Assembly: GCA_016432265.1 (NCBI GenBank)
Contig: CP066681.1
Span: forward strand, 458,342 to 522,341
Source of the DNA: Micavibrio aeruginosavorus
GTDB lineage: Bacteria; Pseudomonadota; Alphaproteobacteria; Micavibrionales; Micavibrionaceae
Reading direction: 5' to 3'
DNA: 64,000 bases
Shown in pieces: positions 56,822 to 64,000 of this stretch. Below the pieces are notes generated by a model that saw nothing but the letters and a program-made list of their open reading frames with translations, ran no database searches and was not told the origin of the DNA. The translations under genes and the position numbers were made by a program. Each line of letters starts with the position of its first letter. The stretch's first letter is position 1.

Positions 56822-58222
56822 ATGGCTAAATCCACGAAAAATTATGTCTGTCAGTCCTGTGGCGCGGTGTCGTCCAAATGGTCGGGCAAGTGCGATTCCT
56901 GCAATGAATGGAACACACTTTCGGAAGAAACGGCGCAGGCTGCCATGCCCAAAGGCATGGGGACGAAAAGGGGACGAGCGCTCGAACTGGTGGATTTAAG
57001 CGGCCAGAGCCATGAACGTCTGCCGCGCTTGGTGACCGGAATCGCCGAGTTCGATCGCGTGACCGGCGGCGGGGTGGTGCCGGGGTCGGCGCTTTTGATC
57101 GGTGGCGATCCGGGCATTGGCAAATCGACATTATTGCTACAGGTTGTCTGTGCCCTCAGCAAAAAGAAGGCACGTTGTGTGTATGTGTCCGGCGAGGAGG
57201 CGGTTGATCAGGTGCGCCTGCGTGCTGACCGTCTGGGTCTGGCGCAGTCGCCGGTGGAACTGGCGTCGGCAACAAATGTGCGCGATATCGTCGCGACGAT
57301 GGAAGAACCGGGCAAGCCGATTGATCTGCTGGTCGTCGATTCGATCCAGACTGTCTATGTTGATAACGTCGACAGTGCGCCAGGTACGGTGACGCAGGTG
57401 CGTACCAGCGCGCAGGAAATCATCCGCGTGGCCAAGAAACGTAACATCATCGTGCTGTTCGTGGGACATGTGACCAAGGACGGCCAGATCGCGGGACCCC
57501 GCGTGCTGGAACATCTGGTCGACACAGTCCTTTATTTCGAGGGAGACCGTTCGCACCAGTTCCGTATCCTGCGCGCGGTGAAAAATCGTTTCGGCCCGAC
57601 CGATGAAATCGGTGTTTTCGAAATGGCGCAGGAAGGATTGGTCGAAGTCGCCAACCCTTCGGCCTTGTTTCTTTCGCAGCGCCAACCCGATGTGACGGGG
57701 AGCGTCGTTCTGGCGGCGCTTGAGGGGACGCGCCCTGTGCTGGTCGAGGTGCAGGCGCTGGTTTCGGTTTCGCCGCTCGGTACGCCGCGCAGGGCTGTGA
57801 TCGGCTATGATTCGGGTCGGCTTGCCATGGTGCTTGCCGTGCTGGAAGCGCGTTGCGGCCTGCAATTTTCCGGTTGCGATGTTTACCTGAATATCGCGGG
57901 AGGCATTCGGATCAATGAACCGGCGGCGGATTTGGCGGTGGCGGCGGCACTTGTATCGTCCCTCAATAATGTTGCAGCGCCCGCCGATGCCGTTTTCTTC
58001 GGGGAAATAGGCCTTGCCGGGGAAGTGCGGCAGGTTCCGCAACCCGATGTTCGCCTCAAGGAAGCTTCAAAGCTCGGGTTCGGCAAGGCGATCATCCCCC
58101 ATCGCAAAGCGGTTAAGGAAAACCGCAAACCTGACCCGCTGCGGGTCGACGAGTTGGCGCATTTGCAGGATCTGGCTGATTTGTTGCGCGATCAGGGTGG
58201 TTCCCGCCGGGCGATTGCTTGA
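56822..58222 (+). CDS. radA: DNA repair protein RadA
   Basis: N-terminal C4 zinc finger (CQSCGAVSSKWSGKCDSCNEWNT), Walker A GDPGIGKST, KNRFG motif and a C-terminal Lon-like domain. Confidence 0.9.
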   Translation: MAKSTKNYVCQSCGAVSSKWSGKCDSCNEWNTLSEETAQAAMPKGMGTKRGRALELVDLSGQSHERLPRLVTGIAEFDRVTGGGVVPGSALLIGGDPGIGKSTLLLQVVCALSKKKARCVYVSGEEAVDQVRLRADRLGLAQSPVELASATNVRDIVATMEEPGKPIDLLVVDSIQTVYVDNVDSAPGTVTQVRTSAQEIIRVAKKRNIIVLFVGHVTKDGQIAGPRVLEHLVDTVLYFEGDRSHQFRILRAVKNRFGPTDEIGVFEMAQEGLVEVANPSALFLSQRQPDVTGSVVLAALEGTRPVLVEVQALVSVSPLGTPRRAVIGYDSGRLAMVLAVLEARCGLQFSGCDVYLNIAGGIRINEPAADLAVAAALVSSLNNVAAPADAVFFGEIGLAGEVRQVPQPDVRLKEASKLGFGKAIIPHRKAVKENRKPDPLRVDELAHLQDLADLLRDQGGSRRAIA

Positions 58223-58341
58223 ACTAATTGATGTATAAGCAAATTTTGCTGTTACGCGACCGTGCGCGGGGGCTATCCGCGGGGGTGGCAATCTGTTACA
58301 TTGCCCTCATTGTTCCAATAACCGGATAGTTGCTGGTCATA

Positions 58342-59136
58342 ATGATTGTCGATGCCGTTGTTCTGGGCGTTTTGCTCGTTTCTGCTGTTTTTGCTTTTCT
58401 GCGCGGGTTCATCCGCGAGGTTCTGACGATTCTGGGGGTTGTCGGGGGGTTGGCTGCTTCGGTGGCGTTTGGCGCGCAGTTGCGTCCGTTGATGAATCAA
58501 TGGCTGGGTGTCGACAAGAATGCCGCTGACCCGCAGATGTTGGCAGGCGTGGTTCCGTACACTGTGGTTGCTGAGGTGCTGGCTTATGGGGCGATCTTTC
58601 TGATCGTTGTGATTGTTCTGTCTCTGGTCAGCCATCTGTTGGCCGGGTGGGCCCGCACGTTGGGGCTGGGGGCGATTGACCGCACGCTGGGCGTGGTTTT
58701 CGGCATAGCGCGCGGCATTCTCGTTCTGGCGGTCATCTATCTTCTGCCCTACCTGTTGTTTAAGGATGATGCCCGGCAGCAATGGCCGTGGCTGAAAGAA
58801 AGCCGCACGATCGTTTACATTGAGGCCACGTCGAAATGGCTTGCTGATTTCCTGCCGGAATCGATGCGCAATACCGATCCTGCCAGTCTTGCTGAATCCG
58901 CAACGTCCGTGACCAAGGCTACGCGCGATAAGCTTAAGGATCTTGAGTTGCTGAAAGACGAAAACGTCGGTGACAAAGACGTTTCCACCCCGGAGGAAGA
59001 GGGTTATGATCCTGCCCTGCGTCAGGACATGCAGGAGCTGATGCTTGAGCAATCCGGCGATATACCGCCGCCGATGCCTGAATCCTCACCGCAAACCGAT
59101 GGAACCGCGCAGCCGGCGATCAAAACGAATGAATAA
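58342..59136 (+). CDS. cvpA: CvpA-family membrane protein (colicin V production protein)
   Basis: MIVDAVVLGVLLVSAVFAFLRGFIREVLTILG is a CvpA N-terminal pattern. It is immediately upstream of purF, as in many bacteria. The track ORF starts at TTG 58330. Confidence 0.7.
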   Translation: MIVDAVVLGVLLVSAVFAFLRGFIREVLTILGVVGGLAASVAFGAQLRPLMNQWLGVDKNAADPQMLAGVVPYTVVAEVLAYGAIFLIVVIVLSLVSHLLAGWARTLGLGAIDRTLGVVFGIARGILVLAVIYLLPYLLFKDDARQQWPWLKESRTIVYIEATSKWLADFLPESMRNTDPASLAESATSVTKATRDKLKDLELLKDENVGDKDVSTPEEEGYDPALRQDMQELMLEQSGDIPPPMPESSPQTDGTAQPAIKTNE

Positions 59137-60607
59137 GGACGATCAGGATCACGTCTTTGACGATGACAAGCTGAAAGAGGAATGCGGCGTTTTTGCCGTA
59201 TTTGGCCACGGCGACGCCGCCACCTTGACGGCGCTGGGGCTTCACGCCCTGCAGCACCGCGGTCAGGAAGCGACCGGGATCGTCAGTCATGACGGCACCG
59301 ACTTTTTTGCTCACCGGGCGCTCGGGCTGGTGGACAAGGCGTTTGGCGACGCCGAGACGATCATCCGTTTGCGCGGCCATGCGGCGATCGGCCATAACCG
59401 CTATGCCACCACGGGTGAAGGCAGCGTTCGCAATATTCAGCCGCTTTTCGCCGATCTATCGTTCGGCGGGTTTGCGATCGCTCATAACGGCAATCTCACC
59501 AATGCGCACACGCTGCGCATGGAATTGGTGAATAAGGGGGCCTTGTTTCAGTCAACCACCGATACGGAAGTTATTTTGCACCTGATGGCGGTTTCGCAGA
59601 AAAAAGCTGTGCAAGAGCGGTTGATCGACGCTCTGGCGCGGATTGAGGGGGCGTACTCTTTGGTGGCCTGTTGCCATGACCAGGTCATCGGCGTGCGCGA
59701 TCCCCTGGGATTCCGGCCTCTGGTCTTGGGAAGATTGGGGCCCGCCTATATTCTGGCTTCTGAAACTTGCGCTCTGGATATTATAGGCGCGGATTTTGTG
59801 CGCGATATCGAACCCGGCGAGATGGTGGTGATTGATGAGAAAGGCATGCGCAGCACTCACCCCTTTGCCGGGCGACCTTCTCGTTTTTGCGTTTTTGAAT
59901 ATATTTATTTTGCCCGGCCTGACAGCGCGCTTGACGGGCGTTCGGTTTATGAATCCCGTAAAAAGATCGGCGCGGAGCTGGCGCGTGAAGCGCCTTGCCC
60001 GGATGCGGATGTTGTCGTGCCTGTCCCCGATAGCGGTGTCCCGGCGGCGATCGGTTATGCTGAAGCCAGCGGGTTGCCTTTTGAACTGGGTATCATTCGC
60101 AATCACTATGTGGGGCGCACTTTTATCGAGCCGACAGACCAGATTCGCCACCTGGGCGTCAAGTTGAAGCATAACGCCAACCGCGCTTACATCGAGGGCA
60201 AGAAGATCGTGTTGGTCGATGATTCTATCGTACGTGGCACGACCTCGAAGAAAATCGTCGAAATGCTGCGCGCGGCAGGAGCTAAGGAGGTGCATATGCG
60301 TATCTCCAGTCCGCCGACGGCGCATAGTTGCTTTTACGGGATCGATACGCCGTCTACCACGGAATTGCTGGCTAATCGTATGAATGTGAGCGATATTCGT
60401 GAATATATCGGGGTCGACTCCCTGTCTTATATTTCCATTGACGGCTTGTATAAGGCCATGGGAGAGGCAGGGCGCGACAGCGATAACCCGGCTTTTTGCG
60501 ACGCGTGTTTTACTGGCGATTATCCGGTGGCCCTCACGGATCATACATCGAATTGCAGCGGTTCGCGGGTGACGGATTTGCGTGAACGGGTTACCCGTCG
60601 CACTTGA
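59129..60607 (+). CDS. purF: Amidophosphoribosyltransferase
   Basis: ...ECGVFAVFGH (N-terminal Cys nucleophile after Met processing), class-II glutaminase and PRTase motifs (VLVDDSIVRGTT), and C-terminal Cys ligands for the Fe-S cluster. Confidence 0.9.
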   Translation: MNKDDQDHVFDDDKLKEECGVFAVFGHGDAATLTALGLHALQHRGQEATGIVSHDGTDFFAHRALGLVDKAFGDAETIIRLRGHAAIGHNRYATTGEGSVRNIQPLFADLSFGGFAIAHNGNLTNAHTLRMELVNKGALFQSTTDTEVILHLMAVSQKKAVQERLIDALARIEGAYSLVACCHDQVIGVRDPLGFRPLVLGRLGPAYILASETCALDIIGADFVRDIEPGEMVVIDEKGMRSTHPFAGRPSRFCVFEYIYFARPDSALDGRSVYESRKKIGAELAREAPCPDADVVVPVPDSGVPAAIGYAEASGLPFELGIIRNHYVGRTFIEPTDQIRHLGVKLKHNANRAYIEGKKIVLVDDSIVRGTTSKKIVEMLRAAGAKEVHMRISSPPTAHSCFYGIDTPSTTELLANRMNVSDIREYIGVDSLSYISIDGLYKAMGEAGRDSDNPAFCDACFTGDYPVALTDHTSNCSGSRVTDLRERVTRRT

Positions 60608-60628
60608 AAAGTATAAAAAGGATGAGAC

Positions 60629-61369
60629 ATGAACGAATCTTCTCCGAAAGTTGATCTCTCGGGTCGTGTGGCTCTTGTAACCGGGGCTTCACGAGGTATA
60701 GGCGCGGTGGTGGCCAAGGCTTATGCCGCGGCGGGGGCGCACGTCATTCTAACGGCACGCACCACCGGTGCTTTGGAAGAAGCGGATGATGTTATCCGAG
60801 CGGCGGGTGGGTCGGCGACGATCATGCCGCTTAACTTGCTTGACTTTGACAAGATCGATGCGATGGGGCCTGCGATCGCCGGGAGATTCGGTCGCCTTGA
60901 TATATTCGTCGGCAACGCGGCAATGCTGGGAACGCTTACGCCTTTGGGGCACACCGATGCCAAGGAATGGCAGCGCGTTATGGATCTGAATGTCACCGCC
61001 AATTTTCGCTTGTTGCGTACGCTGGATCCGCTGTTGCGCGCTTCAGATGCCGGTCGGGTTATCATGGTTTCAAGCAGCGCGGCTCAAAGCCCCCGCGCTT
61101 ACTGGGGGGCTTATGCCACGTCGAAAGCAGCGCTTGAGGCCATGACGAAGGTGTATGCGGCGGAAGTGGAGACTACGCCGCTCAAGGTCAACATCATTGA
61201 CCCTGGCGCAACGCGCACGGCGATGCGGGCCAGAGCTTTCCCGGGTGAAGACCCATCCAAGCCCAAGGATCCGTCTGAAACCGTGCCGTTGTTTCTTGAG
61301 CTGGCGGGTTCGTCTTGCGTTTTTCACGGTGAAGTGCGCAAAGCGGAATTGAAGGTTAAAGCGGCTTGA
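60629..61369 (+). CDS. SDR-family oxidoreductase
   Basis: VALVTGASRGIG Rossmann motif, the NAA (NNAG-like) block and a YxxxK catalytic motif (YATSKAAL). Confidence 0.8.
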   Translation: MNESSPKVDLSGRVALVTGASRGIGAVVAKAYAAAGAHVILTARTTGALEEADDVIRAAGGSATIMPLNLLDFDKIDAMGPAIAGRFGRLDIFVGNAAMLGTLTPLGHTDAKEWQRVMDLNVTANFRLLRTLDPLLRASDAGRVIMVSSSAAQSPRAYWGAYATSKAALEAMTKVYAAEVETTPLKVNIIDPGATRTAMRARAFPGEDPSKPKDPSETVPLFLELAGSSCVFHGEVRKAELKVKAA

Positions 61370-62142
61370 TAATGACGCCTTTGCTGATCGTCACAAGTTT
61401 TCTGGCTTCTTTGCTGACTTTGTTCTCAGGGTTTGGCCTTGGAACGATCCTGATGCCGGTGGCGGCGTTGTTCTTTCCCGTCTCCACGGCGGTGGCGTTG
61501 ACGGCCTTTGTCCATTTGCTCAACAACTTCTTCAAGCTTTCATTGCTATGGCGGCATGTGCACTGGCCCGTGGTGTTGCGTTTTGGCCTGCCGGCGATGG
61601 CGCTGGCTGTGCCCGGGGCATGGCTGCTGGCTCGCTTCTCCTTGATGCCTGATTTATACAGTTACGACCTCGCCGGACTGGCGGCGGAAGTGACGCCGGT
61701 AAAGCTTCTGGCCGGCTTTCTATTGATTGTCTTTGCGACCATGGAATGGTTGCCGTTTTTAAACCGCTTTAAGGTTTCTCTGCGCTGGCTGCCGCTTGGC
61801 GGAGCTTTAAGCGGTTTTTTCGGGGGCCTGACTGGTCATCAGGGCGCCTTCCGCAGTTTGTTCCTTGTTCGCGCCGGATTGAATCAAAACCAGTTTGTTG
61901 CCAGCAATGCGGCGATTGCGTCCTTGGTGGATATGGCGCGGCTGATTGTTTACGGCCTTAATATCCATCTTTTGTTTGCCGATGTCGACGCGACTCTGCT
62001 GGGTATGGCAGCGGCGGCCTCTTTTGCCGGGGTTTGGCTCGGGACGACTTTTTTAAAGAAAATGACGATCACGCTGATCCAGAAAATCGTAGCGGTGATG
62101 CTTTATCTTCTTGGCTTCCTGCTGATGGCAGGCTTGATCTAA
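61366..62142 (+). CDS. TauE/SafE-family sulfite/anion exporter
   Basis: 8 TM helices with an internal duplication and a GxGGG-like motif (GFGLGTIL). Confidence 0.7.
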   Translation: MIMTPLLIVTSFLASLLTLFSGFGLGTILMPVAALFFPVSTAVALTAFVHLLNNFFKLSLLWRHVHWPVVLRFGLPAMALAVPGAWLLARFSLMPDLYSYDLAGLAAEVTPVKLLAGFLLIVFATMEWLPFLNRFKVSLRWLPLGGALSGFFGGLTGHQGAFRSLFLVRAGLNQNQFVASNAAIASLVDMARLIVYGLNIHLLFADVDATLLGMAAAASFAGVWLGTTFLKKMTITLIQKIVAVMLYLLGFLLMAGLI

Positions 62143-63566
62143 ACGTAAGGGTTTTTGCTGGTGCGCATCAGCAGGCGAATCGGTATGCCGGGCATGCCGA
62201 AATCACGGCGCAGACCGTTCATCAGGTAGCGCTTATAACTGTCCGATAAATCGTTCGGATAGGAAACCCAGATGGCGAACGTTGGCGGGCGGGCCTTGAT
62301 CTGCGTGATATAGCGCAGGCGGTTTGTGCGCCCCCCCACCAACGGGGGCGGGTTTTGGCTTTCCATCCCGGCCAGCCAGCGATTCATCGTGGCCGTTTTG
62401 ACCCTCTTGTTCCAGATATCATAAGTCTCAAGCACGACATCCAGCACGCGCGTGGTATTAGCGCCGCGGATGGCTGAAAGCGTTACAAACGGAACATCGG
62501 GAACTTGCCCCAGTTGATGGAGAATATCTTCGCGGAATTCTTTCAGGTAGGCTTCCTTGTCTTCTATCAAATCCCATTTGTTCAACGCGATGACGAGCGC
62601 CCGGCCTTCGCGCAGAACCAGATCGGCGATTGCCTGATCTTGTTTTTCCATCCCGAGACCGGCATCGAGCACCAGCACTACGACCTGGGCCAGGCGAATG
62701 GCGCGGAGCGAGTCGTCGACGGCCATTTTTTCGATGTTGTTGACGATGCTTGATTTTTTGCGCATCCCGGCGGTATCGACCAGTCGCAGCGTTTTACCCT
62801 TGTGTTCCCAGTGAACGGCGATGGCGTCGCGGGTGATCCCGGCTTCGGGCCCGGTCATCGAACGTTGTTCTCCGACCAGCGCGTTGAGCAGGGTTGATTT
62901 CCCCACATTAGGACGCCCGACAATCGCGATTTTTATAGATTTGACTTCTTCTGTGGCTTCGGGGGGCAAGATTGCGGCAAAATCGAAATCCTCCATGCCT
63001 TCCAACTCATCAAACGCGGCATCGGTCAGGTCGATTTCATGCTCCGCTTCCTCCTCCGTCGTTTCTTCTTCTTCGGGGAAATGCGCCTGCAGTGCGTAAT
63101 AGAGGTTGTCAAGGCCTTCATTATGTTCGGCTGACATCGGGATGGGATCGCCGAATCCCAGCGCATAGGCTTCCCCCAGTCCGCTGGCGACAGCGCGCTC
63201 GTTCTCGCATTTGTTGACGCCCAGAATGACCGGTTTCTTCTGGCGCCGCAGCCATTGCGCAAAATGCATGTCTATCGGCAGTACGCCTTCGCGGCCGTCA
63301 ATCAGGAACAGGATGGCATCGGCTTGTTTCAGTGCTGCTTCTGTTTGTTGCCGCATGCGGGCGGGAATGCTGTCGTCGAAACTTTCTTCAAGACCGGCGG
63401 TGTCGATAATGCGGAACGCGCGGTCGAACAGACGCGCTTCAGCATCCCGCCAGTCACGGGTGACGCCAGGCGTATCGTCGACAATCGCCAGTTTTTTTCC
63501 GGCCAGACGATTGAACAACGTCGATTTGCCGACGTTCGGGCGGCCAACAATCGCGAGTGTGAACAT
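62139..63566 (-). CDS. der: Ribosome biogenesis GTPase Der (EngA), double GTPase
   Basis: Two G-domains (GRPNVGKSTLFN and GRPNVGKSTLLN Walker A; DTAG motifs) plus a C-terminal KH-like domain. Confidence 0.9.
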   Translation of the reverse strand: MFTLAIVGRPNVGKSTLFNRLAGKKLAIVDDTPGVTRDWRDAEARLFDRAFRIIDTAGLEESFDDSIPARMRQQTEAALKQADAILFLIDGREGVLPIDMHFAQWLRRQKKPVILGVNKCENERAVASGLGEAYALGFGDPIPMSAEHNEGLDNLYYALQAHFPEEEETTEEEAEHEIDLTDAAFDELEGMEDFDFAAILPPEATEEVKSIKIAIVGRPNVGKSTLLNALVGEQRSMTGPEAGITRDAIAVHWEHKGKTLRLVDTAGMRKKSSIVNNIEKMAVDDSLRAIRLAQVVVLVLDAGLGMEKQDQAIADLVLREGRALVIALNKWDLIEDKEAYLKEFREDILHQLGQVPDVPFVTLSAIRGANTTRVLDVVLETYDIWNKRVKTATMNRWLAGMESQNPPPLVGGRTNRLRYITQIKARPPTFAIWVSYPNDLSDSYKRYLMNGLRRDFGMPGIPIRLLMRTSKNPYV

Positions 63567-63571
63567 GTTAT

Positions 63572-64000
63572 TTACCTATAAGCGGCCAAAGTACCGTTAT
63601 CACCCAGCAGATAAAGGGTGCCGCCCGCGACAACCGGGGCGATGCTGACCGATAAACCCGAACCCCAAGCGCGGATAATATCGCCTGTCTCGGGGTTAGC
63701 TTCTACAACGCCGCCATCGGAACCGGCAACGATCAGGCGATTGCCTGCCAGCACAGGCCCGCTCCAGTAAATCGGCTGCGTGCGGGATTCCGGATTTTTG
63801 AATTTTGGCAAGGGACGCACCCAGCGGATCAAACCGTTGTCACGCCCCATCCCGACCAGTTCATTATCATTGGTAACGACAAAAATCGAATTGCCAGCCA
63901 CCCATGGCATCTCGGATCCGCCGATGTCGCGCTGCCAGATGCGGTTGCCTGTACGCTCGTCCAGCGCCACCATGCGGTTGCCGAAACTGATGGCGATGAC
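63572..64000 (-). CDS. bamB: PQQ-repeat beta-propeller protein, probably outer-membrane assembly lipoprotein BamB (C-terminal part; N-terminus beyond window end)
   Basis: PQQ-like repeats (...GTLYLLGDNGTLAAY, GNRLIVAGSDGGV). It sits immediately upstream of der, as for bamB/yfgL. Confidence 0.65.
   Translation of the reverse strand, partial: VIAISFGNRMVALDERTGNRIWQRDIGGSEMPWVAGNSIFVVTNDNELVGMGRDNGLIRWVRPLPKFKNPESRTQPIYWSGPVLAGNRLIVAGSDGGVVEANPETGDIIRAWGSGLSVSIAPVVAGGTLYLLGDNGTLAAYR

Noticed and set aside
56505-56822. Tiny ORFs and a weak hairpin (GGGCTT-aagaa-AAGCCC) in the heparinase-radA intergenic region
   Set aside because: The ORFs are 8-13 codons with no support. The hairpin lacks a U-tract, so it is listed neither as a terminator nor as a gene.
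54175-58042. Minus-strand ORFs of 300 aa antisense to rpe/heparinase (54175-55098, 55099-56001) and to radA (57137-58042)
   Set aside because: The sense strands encode highly conserved proteins, so these are shadow ORFs.
1-64000. CRISPR arrays, rRNA genes, IS elements with terminal inverted repeats
   Set aside because: No regularly spaced short repeats, rRNA-like sequence or transposase ORFs were seen on either strand.

Overview
This window is a 64 kb, high-GC (about 57-60 %) chromosomal segment that looks alphaproteobacterial (dnaX-ybaB, der-bamB, a DUF1674 gene and a heparinase II/III gene next to rpe). About two thirds is conserved housekeeping backbone: polA (truncated at the window start), an rlmB-like rRNA methyltransferase, dnaX, ybaB, xth, a chorismate mutase, rsmB, rpe, radA, cvpA, purF, der and bamB (truncated at the window end). 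Three accessory blocks interrupt it. (1) A low-GC segment next to tRNA-Tyr carries a LuxR/LuxI acyl-homoserine-lactone quorum-sensing pair. Beside it sit a PhyH-family Fe/2OG dioxygenase, a membrane fatty-acid desaturase and an XRE regulator. Two copies of an 18-bp palindrome (ATCACGA-N4-TCGTGAT) sit about 65 nt upstream of luxI and of the dioxygenase. This block is followed by a roughly 5.8 kb RTX/T1SS-type calcium-binding repeat gene that is split by a 56-nt deletion beside a perfect 141-bp direct repeat. (2) A roughly 5 kb integrase-bearing island is inserted at tRNA-Gly(TCC) and bounded by 14-bp direct repeats, with TGGGGGCA iterons on both arms. Its cargo is a HigB/HigA-like toxin-antitoxin pair followed by AT-rich ORFs of unknown function: a Cys-cluster (MZB/DUF1998-like) fragment and a tandem paralogous pair. 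A second, decayed island lies in tandem; it keeps only a 15-codon integrase 5-prime remnant plus a lipoprotein and a C39-like peptidase. (3) Two further inserts are an ArsR-MFP-RND-DUF2892 efflux cassette where recR would be expected after ybaB, and a 1.4k-aa putative inverse autotransporter with a beta-helix-repeat passenger. Also noted: a flotillin-like gene with four internal repeats and a 19-bp perfect inverted repeat shared with a divergent RHH regulator, and a secreted HExxH protein. All functional calls rest on reading motifs in the translated ORFs by eye; no database search was possible.
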